Assembly (NCBI GenBank): GCA_051532035.1 | Contig: JAOPTW010000020.1 | Span: forward strand, 1 to 59,088 | Direction: 5' to 3' | Origin: Fibrobacterales bacterium | Lineage (GTDB): Bacteria > Fibrobacterota > Fibrobacteria > Fibrobacterales > JAOPTW01 | Length of the DNA: 59,088 nucleotides | In this document: positions 21,307-30,617 of the stretch, piece by piece | Layout of the letters: each line of letters starts with the position of its first letter | Numbering within the stretch: position 1 is the first letter of the stretch | Position numbers and translations under genes: made by a program | The notes under the pieces: model-generated | The model's database searches: none | What the model was told of the DNA's origin: nothing | Seen by the model: only the letters and a program-made list of their open reading frames with translations

Positions 21307-22068
21307 ATGAGTATGATACGGGTGTCGATAATTACTGCGGTCTATAATAATGAAGCGTCCATTCGGGACGCCATAGAGTCAGTGTTGAGTCAGGATTATC
21401 CCCATATTGAGTATGTGGTGATTGATGGTGGTTCTACCGATGCCACTCGCTCAATTATTGACGAGTATCAGGAGCAGATAGCAACGTATGTCAGTGAAGC
21501 TGATGGAGGCATTTACGATGCCCTTAATAAAGGGGTACACTGTGCAACAGGAGATCTTATTGGATTTATGCATTCTGATGACCTCTTTGGCGATGCATCG
21601 GTTATTTCGCAGATTGTAGCTACCTATGAGAGGAGCGGTGCAGATGGCGTATACGGGGACCTTGAGTATGTTCAACAAAATGATACGAGTCAGATTATCC
21701 GTTATTGGAAGAGCGCCCCTTTTGAAAGGGCGGCACTAAAAAAGGGGTGGATGATTCCTCATCCCACCCTCTATCTTGATTCGAAGGTCTATGAAGAGTA
21801 TGGCGTTTTTGATACCGGCCTTAGGATTTCTGCAGATTATGAATTTATGCTCCGTATACTCACAAAACCAGCTCTCTCCTTTGCCTATATTCCTTCTGTT
21901 TTGGTTAAAATGCGGGTCGGGGGAGCGAGTAATTCATTCGGTAATTTGATTAAAAAGTCTAAAGAGGACCTCAAAACCCTCCGAAAACATAATGTGGGCG
22001 GAGTGTATACTCTGTTATATAAAATTGTGTCAAAGCTCAGTCAATTTGTTCACCGTAGGGGTGGATAG
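21307..22068 (+). CDS. GT2 glycosyltransferase (WcaE-like)
   Basis: Motifs VSIITAVYN, IDGGSTD, GIYDALNKG and ADYEFMLR. Confidence 0.9.
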   Translation: MSMIRVSIITAVYNNEASIRDAIESVLSQDYPHIEYVVIDGGSTDATRSIIDEYQEQIATYVSEADGGIYDALNKGVHCATGDLIGFMHSDDLFGDASVISQIVATYERSGADGVYGDLEYVQQNDTSQIIRYWKSAPFERAALKKGWMIPHPTLYLDSKVYEEYGVFDTGLRISADYEFMLRILTKPALSFAYIPSVLVKMRVGGASNSFGNLIKKSKEDLKTLRKHNVGGVYTLLYKIVSKLSQFVHRRGG

Positions 22069-22103
22069 ATGTTTTAATACGCAGTTTTGTAATTGGTAGA
22101 ACA

Positions 22104-24326
22104 ATGAGTGAAGTGAGAGCGCAAGAGGTAGGGAATGAACCCGGTGGTGAGATGAGCATTCAAGAGCTCCTCTTAATCGTTCTTGTTGCGTGGAAATCAA
22201 TTATTATTATCACTGCCGTTGCAATGCTATTGGGAACGCTCTATATCTGGAGGTCAGTCCCCATCTATAAAGTAGATGCACTCATCCAAGTTTCTGAGAA
22301 GAGTAACAGTAGCCTGAGTGCCCTTGGAGACATGGGCAGTATGTTTGACATCACCTCTCCATCTCAGGCAGAAATTGAGTTGCTTCGGTCCCGCATGGTA
22401 CTCGAAGAGGTGGTTACAGGGCTCAAGCTTGATGTGGTTGTGCAACCAGTCTATTTTCCCCTTATTGGTCAAGCCTATGCAAATAGAAACCATCAGGCAC
22501 TCGAACCCGTTGACCCACCCTTTGATGTCGAAGGATATGCGTGGGGTGGTGAATTACTCAAGGTGACTGGGTTTCGAGTACCAAGTAAAATGCATGAACA
22601 GACTTTTATTCTAACTGTTGGGGATCGTGGTGAATTTGTTTTAAGTGACCCTGCAGGGAAGTACCCTTTCAAGTGTCGTATTGGTAGGCGGTGTGGACTG
22701 AAGATTGGGCGAGATACCCTTTCTATTTATGTACCCCAACTTGAGGCGAACCCTGGAACGCGCTTCAAAGTTACCAAGAAACGAATGCTCAAAGCAATTA
22801 AAAGAATTAGAAGTAATTTTAGTGCCACTGAGCTCGGTAAACAGAGTGGTATGCTTGGGCTCTCACTGACAAATACAGACCCAGATTTGGCATCTCGAAT
22901 ATTAAATAAAATTGCCGATAATTATGTGCGTCAAAACGTTGAACATAAATCAGAAGAGGCGGGTAAGACCCTTCGGTTTTTAAAAAATCAATTACCAGGG
23001 CTCAGAGTAACCCTAGAGGCATCAGAGAATAGACTCAATCAGTATCGCTTGAAAATAGGTTCTATCGACTTGAGTCAAGAGGCGAGCATGGTGCTCCAAC
23101 AGACCGTTAAGCTCGAGAGTAATCTATTGGCGCTCAAACAGAAAAAAAGTGATCTACTGCGACTCTATGAAAAACGCCACCCAGCAGTACAGGTGCTGAA
23201 TGATCAAATACATGATGTCCGTAAACAAATTAAGGGCCTTAATTCTGAAGTGAAACAACTCCCTCATGATCAACAAGAGGTGTTAAGGCTGAGTAGAGAT
23301 GTAGAGGTTAATAATAAGCTCTATACAACTATGCTCAATAATGTGCAGAAACTACAGGTGGTTAAGGCGGGTAAAATTGGGAATGTTCGTATTGTGGATA
23401 GAGCTCAGCCTACCTACGACCCCATTAAACCCCAGAAGACACTCTTAATTGTTCTCTTTACGGTATTTGGTATTGTATTGGGAATTATTTGGGCATTCAT
23501 CAGAAAATTTTGGGTGTCGGGAGTTGATGATCCTACACTCGTCACCAAAAAATTCGGTCTCCCTGTCTATGCAACAGTACCTTACTGCCCCCAACAAGAA
23601 TTATTGCATTCTGAAATGAATTCAGAAGGTTCAGATGGGTACATGCAAATGGTAGGTAAAACTGATGAAATGGTTGTTGAAAGTTTGCGCAGTCTCCGAA
23701 CCATGCTTCACTATGGTATGAAAGGGGCGAAGAATAACAGTATCATGTTTACGGGGCCTACTGCAGGTATTGGGAAGTCTTTTGTTGCGTCAAACTTTGC
23801 AGCGAGTCTCGCTGAAGTAAATTCTCGGGTACTGATAATGGATCTGGATATGCGCCGAGGACACCTCCATCGCTATTTTGGGATGGCACGAGGGCGCGGT
23901 ATGTCGGAGGTTCTTATGGGTGACGCTGAAATACAAGATGTGATTATAGAGACAGGTATACCTAACCTTGATTGTGTATCATCGGGTACACTGTTTGCAG
24001 GGTCATCAGAGCTGCTAATGCGTGCTGAATTTGCTGAGGTACTCATTTACGTTATTGAACGGTATGATTATGTCATTCTTGATGCTCCTCCAATTTTATC
24101 GGTTACCGATAGCTTAATAATCGGTCAGCACACAGGAACCAATTTTCTTCTTCTCAAACACGCCGCCCACTCCATGGATGAAATTGCGAAGAGTAAACAA
24201 CAACTCGAACATGCTGGGGTCGAGATAAAAGGGGTCATATTTAATAATGTTGCGCAAAATAAGGTATTTAAGAGGGGTTACACCTTTAAATACAGTATTG
24301 ATGATTTGAATGAGATAACGAGGTAA
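22104..24326 (+). CDS. wzc: Wzc polysaccharide co-polymerase / BY-kinase
   Basis: Two TM segments and a coiled coil, with Walker A GPTAGIGKS, A' DLDMRR and B VILDAPP. Confidence 0.9.
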   Translation: MSEVRAQEVGNEPGGEMSIQELLLIVLVAWKSIIIITAVAMLLGTLYIWRSVPIYKVDALIQVSEKSNSSLSALGDMGSMFDITSPSQAEIELLRSRMVLEEVVTGLKLDVVVQPVYFPLIGQAYANRNHQALEPVDPPFDVEGYAWGGELLKVTGFRVPSKMHEQTFILTVGDRGEFVLSDPAGKYPFKCRIGRRCGLKIGRDTLSIYVPQLEANPGTRFKVTKKRMLKAIKRIRSNFSATELGKQSGMLGLSLTNTDPDLASRILNKIADNYVRQNVEHKSEEAGKTLRFLKNQLPGLRVTLEASENRLNQYRLKIGSIDLSQEASMVLQQTVKLESNLLALKQKKSDLLRLYEKRHPAVQVLNDQIHDVRKQIKGLNSEVKQLPHDQQEVLRLSRDVEVNNKLYTTMLNNVQKLQVVKAGKIGNVRIVDRAQPTYDPIKPQKTLLIVLFTVFGIVLGIIWAFIRKFWVSGVDDPTLVTKKFGLPVYATVPYCPQQELLHSEMNSEGSDGYMQMVGKTDEMVVESLRSLRTMLHYGMKGAKNNSIMFTGPTAGIGKSFVASNFAASLAEVNSRVLIMDLDMRRGHLHRYFGMARGRGMSEVLMGDAEIQDVIIETGIPNLDCVSSGTLFAGSSELLMRAEFAEVLIYVIERYDYVILDAPPILSVTDSLIIGQHTGTNFLLLKHAAHSMDEIAKSKQQLEHAGVEIKGVIFNNVAQNKVFKRGYTFKYSIDDLNEITR

Positions 24327-24403
24327 AGTCAATGAGTGCGAATTGTAATTGTTATGCTACAGAATAATGGTATAATGGAGCAAAGAGCATTTTGGATAGC
24401 ACT

Positions 24404-25090
24404 ATGGAAAATCGTACCGACCCGCAAAAATTAAAAGGTGATCAGTTTGTTGCATTTAGTGGTGACTTTTCTGAAACCATTGCATTTAATGACCACAAAA
24501 TATCATTTGCTGTAGAGCGTGCCCGCGGTAAAAAAGTTCTTGATATCGGGTGTGTCCATCACAATCCTGAAAACTATAAAAGTAAATATTGGGTGCATAA
24601 AGCCCTGAAAGAAGTAGCGTCATCCCTTGTTGGATTAGATCTGTTCAAGCCGGGTGTTGAATATCTCAATGAGCGTGGTTTTAATATTCAATATGAGGAT
24701 GCTCAAAATTTTAGCCTTGGTGAAACCTTTGATCTCATTTTTGCAGGTGATATAATGGAGCACCTCGAAGACTTTTCAGGGTTTATAGAAAGCTGTAAAA
24801 AGCACATGCATATTGGCAGTAAAATGATAGTTTCAACACCTAATCCTTGGTACTATCGCAATATGATTAAAGCGGCACTCCATACAGAGGTGAATAATAA
24901 TCCTGAACACACCTGCTGGCTTTGCCCGCGTACCTTGCGTCAGTTACTCAATAGACATGAACTCGATCTTGGTGAAGTGCAGTTTGGGTCGCGATATCTC
25001 AAAGATAGGTTGCTCCCTATTCCAAAAGGTTGGAAGAGCACGAGCTTTCATGCTGAAGTGGTACCACTTAAAGAGTGTTATAAAATGTAG
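24404..25090 (+). CDS. Class I SAM-dependent methyltransferase
   Basis: Motifs KVLDIGC and FDLIFAGDIMEHL...STPN. Confidence 0.85.
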   Translation: MENRTDPQKLKGDQFVAFSGDFSETIAFNDHKISFAVERARGKKVLDIGCVHHNPENYKSKYWVHKALKEVASSLVGLDLFKPGVEYLNERGFNIQYEDAQNFSLGETFDLIFAGDIMEHLEDFSGFIESCKKHMHIGSKMIVSTPNPWYYRNMIKAALHTEVNNNPEHTCWLCPRTLRQLLNRHELDLGEVQFGSRYLKDRLLPIPKGWKSTSFHAEVVPLKECYKM

Positions 25091-25098
25091 GGAGTGGT

Positions 25099-25123
25099 GT
25101 GTGCCTTGTTCAGTGAGGCACAC
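25099..25123. terminator. Hairpin between convergent genes
   Basis: GTGTGCCT...AGGCACAC stem. Confidence 0.5.
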
Positions 25124-25130
25124 GTGTACC

Positions 25131-26309
25131 TTATTTTTTTACACCAAGTTCACTCTTCAAATCATCCCAGCGCCACTCTTTCTCTTTCCAAATATAGTGA
25201 CGATAGAGGCGCCGAGCCAATTTACACGTAATTTCGTAGGGTATGGTGTCAAACCGTTCTGCAAGTGATTCTACAGAGATATCTTGGTGTACATCATGAT
25301 CGATAATAGAGACTTCATCACCGACTTTCACATGGGGGAGGTGTGAGATGTCTATCATGGTTGTATCCATGCAGACTCGTCCCAGTATCGGGCACGGCTT
25401 TCCATTAATAAAGAGGTGACCTTCGTTGGGGCGCCCTCTAAAGTAGCCATCGCCATAGCCAATAGCAACGGCAGCAATGCGGGTCTCATGAGTAGCATGC
25501 CATTTTGCGCCATAAGAGACCGCTTCACCCTGAGTAATGGTAGATATCTGTTGTATACGCGCCTTTACTTTGAGTATCGGGCGTAGGCCGAGATCACGGT
25601 TTTCTGGGTTGTGGGTATCGAGAGGGTTATAGCCATAGAGTGCCAGCCCTGGCCGTACCATATCGTAATGACTCTCGGGGTAATTAAAGATAGCAGCTGA
25701 GTTGGCGGCATGAACATAATCGACCTGATATCCATCGGCGTCTAGTGCGGCCCTTAGAGAATCAAATTGAGCAAGCTGGGTAGCCATGTGTGATTCTGAT
25801 GGTTCATCTGCAGTGGCAAAATGGGTAAAGAGCCCCTCTACTTTGAGGTTGGGCAATTTGAAAATACTTTTTACTTGTTCGGTTGCAGTATGGTCTATAC
25901 CATAGCGATGCATGCCCGTATCAATTTTTATATGAATAGGGTAAGGGCTTTGTTTACTGTCTAAAAAATCATTGAGTGCTTGGGCTGCAGTGAGTGAATT
26001 GATGGTTGGAATAATATTGTAGAGTGCAAGGTCTTCAAAATCCTTCTCTTTCACGGGGCCCAGAGCAAGTATCGGGACGGTGATACCATATTTGCGGAGG
26101 AGCACCCCTTCGAATACATGGGCAACCCCTAGATAGTCCACCCCGATTTTTTGTGCAGCAAATGAGCAACAGAGGCTTCCATGACCATAGCCATGTGCTT
26201 TGACTGGAAAGAGTACCTTGACGTCTTTACCAACTCTCGCTTTAATAGTGCGATAGTTGTGAGCAAGGTTATCGAGATTTATGGTGATCCAGTTTGGTGT
26301 TTTAATCAT
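25131..26309 (-). CDS. alr: Alanine racemase
   Basis: PLP-Lys motif VKAHGYGHG, plus KIDTGMHR, HFATAD, VRPGLALYG and GRVCMD. Confidence 0.93.
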   Translation of the reverse strand: MIKTPNWITINLDNLAHNYRTIKARVGKDVKVLFPVKAHGYGHGSLCCSFAAQKIGVDYLGVAHVFEGVLLRKYGITVPILALGPVKEKDFEDLALYNIIPTINSLTAAQALNDFLDSKQSPYPIHIKIDTGMHRYGIDHTATEQVKSIFKLPNLKVEGLFTHFATADEPSESHMATQLAQFDSLRAALDADGYQVDYVHAANSAAIFNYPESHYDMVRPGLALYGYNPLDTHNPENRDLGLRPILKVKARIQQISTITQGEAVSYGAKWHATHETRIAAVAIGYGDGYFRGRPNEGHLFINGKPCPILGRVCMDTTMIDISHLPHVKVGDEVSIIDHDVHQDISVESLAERFDTIPYEITCKLARRLYRHYIWKEKEWRWDDLKSELGVKK

Positions 26310-26610
26310 GGGGCTCTTATGGGTGCTTGTTACAGTATATTGAGAAAGTAGCAATTTATAGGGGAGCGGGGCATGATTTTTGGATGTTGGGAGGTTGGGA
26401 AGGAGGAGTATAAATCTCTTCAGACTACATTAGGTTGATAATTCCTACCCTGTGCGACATACGCTCACCTATGGGTATACACCCTCCTACTATTGCCTAT
26501 TTACATGTCGACTATGGTATACGATAATTAATCTACTCTACACAAAAGTATTGCATTAGTCAAAAAACTATACCATAATGTGCTATCACTACATTTTAGA
26601 AGAGAGGGGT

Positions 26611-27492
26611 ATGCGGAATACTAATATCGTTTTAGGGCTTTTAACCGTGGGAATAATAGTTCTCATGAATTTTGATGTGTTGGAATGTGCATCGAAATAT
26701 CTCTATTTTACAACAGAGCTTATTTTAATGATCATAGCGCTGTTTGTCTATCTCAATACCTTTCACTCAGTAGGGTGGAATGCACCCTATGAGAAGGATC
26801 AGGTAGCACCAAGGCCTCATGCCCGCTCTACAGCCAAAAAAATAACCGTTGGGTACCTTATTCTTGTGGGGTCAATGGCGATATTATGGGCACTGTTACA
26901 GTTTCTGATACCTGAGTCCAAAGGAGAATGGCTGCATTCGGGCCTTTGGTATGGGACGTTTGTAGGAATTACCTTACTCTCATTTTTAATCATTCGATCA
27001 CACCGTCAATATGTTAATATGCGTGCAGTGGTGGTGACACTCTGTATAGTCGTTCCCATGCTCACCGGCTACGAAGCCATTATGCTCTATTGGGGCAAAG
27101 CGTGGGAATACAATCAAACGACCTTCGGTGGTTATGGCAATGGCATCCTTGGAACCATTTTTAAGGTCCCGGTAGAATCGGTTCTTTTTCTCTATCCCGT
27201 AACCCCTGTGACTGGCCTCATATTATATTCAGTAATTACCCGAAAGAAAAATGACCTGAAGGCCTTTTGGATAGCTATGGCAATCTTGACACCAAGTACT
27301 ATTATTACCGAAGTTGCAGGTATCTATCTACTCGACCTCTGGAGAGTCTTTAATGAAAACTCAGTGCTCCCTATGGGGCGGTCAAATTTTGAAGAGTATG
27401 TCTATTATGAGATCTGGCTCGGCCTGGCACTGCTCATTTACATCTGGTTTGATAGAAACTTGATTTCATCAAAAGTCAAGGAGGGAGTATGA
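26611..27492 (+). CDS. Integral membrane protein with two lycopene-cyclase-like (W..x..P/ExxF) motifs
   Basis: Multi-TM protein with WEYN...IFKVPVESVLF and WRVF...MGRSNFEEYVYY. It is a paralog of the next gene. Confidence 0.6.
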   Translation: MRNTNIVLGLLTVGIIVLMNFDVLECASKYLYFTTELILMIIALFVYLNTFHSVGWNAPYEKDQVAPRPHARSTAKKITVGYLILVGSMAILWALLQFLIPESKGEWLHSGLWYGTFVGITLLSFLIIRSHRQYVNMRAVVVTLCIVVPMLTGYEAIMLYWGKAWEYNQTTFGGYGNGILGTIFKVPVESVLFLYPVTPVTGLILYSVITRKKNDLKAFWIAMAILTPSTIITEVAGIYLLDLWRVFNENSVLPMGRSNFEEYVYYEIWLGLALLIYIWFDRNLISSKVKEGV

Positions 27493-28367
27493 AATCGATA
27501 TATTCAAATAGCATCTATCTCTCATTTTTAGCACTCTTTGTATTACTGATTGTGATCTCATTTAATCTGTTTCAGCTCCAAACTCGGTACCTCTACTTTT
27601 GTGGAGAGCTGGTATTACTCTTCTGTACTGTTCTTATCTATAACGGTACTTTTCGAGAGATGCGTTGGAATGAGCCCTTTGAAACAGTAGACCATTCACT
27701 TGATACAATTGCGGGAAAAAAGGGAAAGATTTTTGGGATTGCCTTTGCGGTCTTATTGCTCGTTAATATATTGGTGTGGATCATAACGGGGGTAGAAGAT
27801 CATAGTGCATTTAAAAGTTGGGTACGTATGGGGCTCTGGTTTGGGTTCTTTGCAGTCGCATCGTCGCTCTTTTATTTTTTCATCCGAAAACGCGATAACT
27901 TTTTTAATACCAGATCACTCATCATCACGACACTCCTTATGGTTGTTGTGTTAACGGGGTTCGAGGCGGTGATGCTTCACTGGGGCCATGCATGGAGCTA
28001 CAATCATACGGTTATGGGATGGGTACTTGGTATCCCCGTAGAGAATATTCTTTTTGTCTATCCTGTTACTCCAGCCTTTTGTATTGTGGTGTATTCAATT
28101 ATTACTCGGTATCGTAATGATCTTAAAGCCTTTTGGTTTGCATCTTTTATTTTGGTACCCTCTGCTATTGCCGTAGAGCTGATGTCTATTTATACTCTCG
28201 ACCTCTGGCATATTTACAATGACTACTCAGTGCTCCCTATGGGGAAAGTAAATCTCGAAGAGTTCTTTTTTTATGCAGTGTTTTTAGAACTAACACTGGT
28301 GACGTATATCTTTTTTGATCGAAATTTAAAACCAATACACACGATGAAACAATCAACAAGTGAATAA
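27489..28367 (+). CDS. Integral membrane protein with two lycopene-cyclase-like motifs (paralog)
   Basis: Motifs WSYN..VMGWVLGIPVENILF and WHIY...MGKVNLEEFFFY. It overlaps the upstream gene by 4 bp. Confidence 0.6.
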   Translation: MKSIYSNSIYLSFLALFVLLIVISFNLFQLQTRYLYFCGELVLLFCTVLIYNGTFREMRWNEPFETVDHSLDTIAGKKGKIFGIAFAVLLLVNILVWIITGVEDHSAFKSWVRMGLWFGFFAVASSLFYFFIRKRDNFFNTRSLIITTLLMVVVLTGFEAVMLHWGHAWSYNHTVMGWVLGIPVENILFVYPVTPAFCIVVYSIITRYRNDLKAFWFASFILVPSAIAVELMSIYTLDLWHIYNDYSVLPMGKVNLEEFFFYAVFLELTLVTYIFFDRNLKPIHTMKQSTSE

Positions 28368-28377
28368 AGGAATCAAC

Positions 28378-28926
28378 ATGACACCGATAAAAATTACGAA
28401 ATATGGCTGGGAAGTATTGATACTTTTTTTGGTCTCTATTATACCCATAGTCACTTATATTCATTTACCCTTTCATACCATAGTAATTCTCTATTTAGTA
28501 GGGATGACCTTCGAGATTCTCACAGAGGATAGCTGGAACTACAATAAGGCAATGGATAGGGCAACTTTTATGCTGCGTGATAGGGATGTGAGTCTCATCT
28601 TTGGATTAGGGTGGATTGGTACCCTCAGTTTTGGAATGTCATTTGCAAAAGTGCTTCGGGATTTTGCCGATGTCGATCTCTACTGGAGTCTCTTTATTGC
28701 TCTCGGGGTAGTAGGGAACATTCTTGAAGCGAGCTTTCTCAAGCTCGGACTATGGAAATATAATATGGAAGCTAAAGGGGTTAATCTAGGCTTTAAACAT
28801 ATGCCTTGTATTCTTGGTGTCCCTCTTTCTGTAGTGGTGGGATACTTTGTTTTTCAAGGCACGCTTATGTATTATGTCGTGTTTAAATTGGTTCCTTGGA
28901 TGTTTAACTGCCCACAGCCTTTATAG
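28378..28926 (+). CDS. Integral membrane protein (E...W.Y...G.P motif twice)
   Basis: Motifs FEILTEDSWNY and LEASFLKLGLWKY...ILGVPL. An AAGGA RBS precedes the ATG at 28378. Confidence 0.6.
   Translation: MTPIKITKYGWEVLILFLVSIIPIVTYIHLPFHTIVILYLVGMTFEILTEDSWNYNKAMDRATFMLRDRDVSLIFGLGWIGTLSFGMSFAKVLRDFADVDLYWSLFIALGVVGNILEASFLKLGLWKYNMEAKGVNLGFKHMPCILGVPLSVVVGYFVFQGTLMYYVVFKLVPWMFNCPQPL
28843..28926 (+). repeat. 84-bp direct repeat, copy 1 (3' end of membrane-protein gene)
   Basis: 76/84 identical to 33116-33199, with the first 35 bp identical. Confidence 0.95.
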
Positions 28927-29081
28927 GAGTCTGAAGTAGATGGATGAATGTTTATAGGTCGTGTAAACATTTATGGTAAATCAAAAAAGTTGAGGGAAAT
29001 TCGTGCATTAATTTTGTGGAAACGGTACAATCTGACTAAATGATAGTCTTATCGGTTAAAAACCGGTTTTGAGAGGTCAGT

Positions 29082-30617
29082 ATGGGTATGCTAAAGTTTG
29101 CCAGTGATGAGTCTGTTGATAAAAAGAAGAGTAGTGCTTCAGCAAGAAAATGGAAAGTCATGATTGTTGATGATGAAGTGGAAGTACATACTATTACACA
29201 GGCTGTATTAAGTAGTTTCAATTTTGATGGTGACGGTGTCGAAGTGGTGAGTGCGTATAGTGGAGCGGAGGCTCTTTCAATGCTCTCTGAACATAATGAT
29301 ACTGCACTTGTTCTTCTGGATGTTGTTATGGAGACTGATGATGCTGGGTTGATGGTAGCGAAAAAAATCCGTGAAGAACTCGATAATACCATGGTGAGAA
29401 TCGTACTCAGAACAGGACAGCCCGGATCCGCTCCTGAAAGAGAGGTGATTCGTAACTATGATATAAATGATTATAAAGAGAAAACGGAACTTACTTCACA
29501 GAAGCTCTATACGACAATAATGGCTGCACTTCGTTCCTATCGTGATCTCAAAATTATTCATGAGAACCGGGTGGGTCTCAATATGATTCTCGAAGCGACA
29601 CAAGATCTGCTCACACTTCGTTCAATGAAGCTTTTGAGTGAGGGTGTGTTGACTCAGATAATCGCAATGCTTAAGGTTGACCCCGGGGAGGTTATGCTTA
29701 ACGCGGGTGGAGCTTTCACAGTCCAGTGTCCAGCAGAGGAGAACGATTATGAGTTGGTGGCTTCTACTGGGGTTTTTTCCAAAAGGGAATTGGCGGAATT
29801 TATAACTGAAGATATGCAGGGAATGCTGGAAGATGCTCTCAAGGCCCGGTCAAATATATTGAAGGATGATGCCTTTGTCGGGTATGTGGAAACGAGTAAA
29901 GGAATGAAGAACCTGATCTACCTTTCTGATTATACTCATATTGATGAGAATGGCAGGCAGTTACTCGATATTTTTATGGTGAATACGAGTGTCATGTATG
30001 AAAACCTAGTATTGAACAATGAAATTATCGACACTCAGAAAGAACTGGTCGGGCGGCTCGGGGACGTTGTGGAAAAGCGCTCTCAGGATACCGCCAACCA
30101 TGTGAATCGGGTGGCACAAATATCTTATATTCTCGCAAAAGCATACGGTATAAATGAGGAAGAGGCTCAGATTATGTGTATGGCATCTCCTATGCACGAT
30201 ATCGGAAAAGTATCGACACCTGATTCTATTTTGTTGAAACCTGGGCAGTTGACTGATGATGAATTTGAAGTAATGAAATCACACTCAAGAGTGGGGTATG
30301 ATATTCTGAACCCCTCCGACCGAGGAATTCTGAAAACCGCTGCGATTATCGCACATGAACATCATGAAAAGTGGGATGGAACAGGGTATCCTCAGGGATT
30401 AAAAGGAGAGGACATACACATATATGGCAGAATAACCGCTATAGCTGATGTATTTGATGCATTAAGTCATAAACGGGTTTATAAGGATGCTTGGGCAATT
30501 GAAAAAATTTTGGATCTCATAGAGGGTGAACGGGGCAAGCATTTTGATCCGGCATTGGTGACTCTCTTTTTTGAACATAAGCAAGAAATTCTGACTGTGA
30601 CTAAGCTGTATGGATAG
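29082..30617 (+). CDS. Response regulator: REC, DUF3369-like and HD-GYP c-di-GMP phosphodiesterase (RpfG-like)
   Basis: REC motifs are IVDDE, LLDVVME and LRTGQPG. HD-GYP motifs are HVNRV, MHDIGK, HHEKWDGTGYP and ADVFDAL. Confidence 0.92.
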   Translation: MGMLKFASDESVDKKKSSASARKWKVMIVDDEVEVHTITQAVLSSFNFDGDGVEVVSAYSGAEALSMLSEHNDTALVLLDVVMETDDAGLMVAKKIREELDNTMVRIVLRTGQPGSAPEREVIRNYDINDYKEKTELTSQKLYTTIMAALRSYRDLKIIHENRVGLNMILEATQDLLTLRSMKLLSEGVLTQIIAMLKVDPGEVMLNAGGAFTVQCPAEENDYELVASTGVFSKRELAEFITEDMQGMLEDALKARSNILKDDAFVGYVETSKGMKNLIYLSDYTHIDENGRQLLDIFMVNTSVMYENLVLNNEIIDTQKELVGRLGDVVEKRSQDTANHVNRVAQISYILAKAYGINEEEAQIMCMASPMHDIGKVSTPDSILLKPGQLTDDEFEVMKSHSRVGYDILNPSDRGILKTAAIIAHEHHEKWDGTGYPQGLKGEDIHIYGRITAIADVFDALSHKRVYKDAWAIEKILDLIEGERGKHFDPALVTLFFEHKQEILTVTKLYG

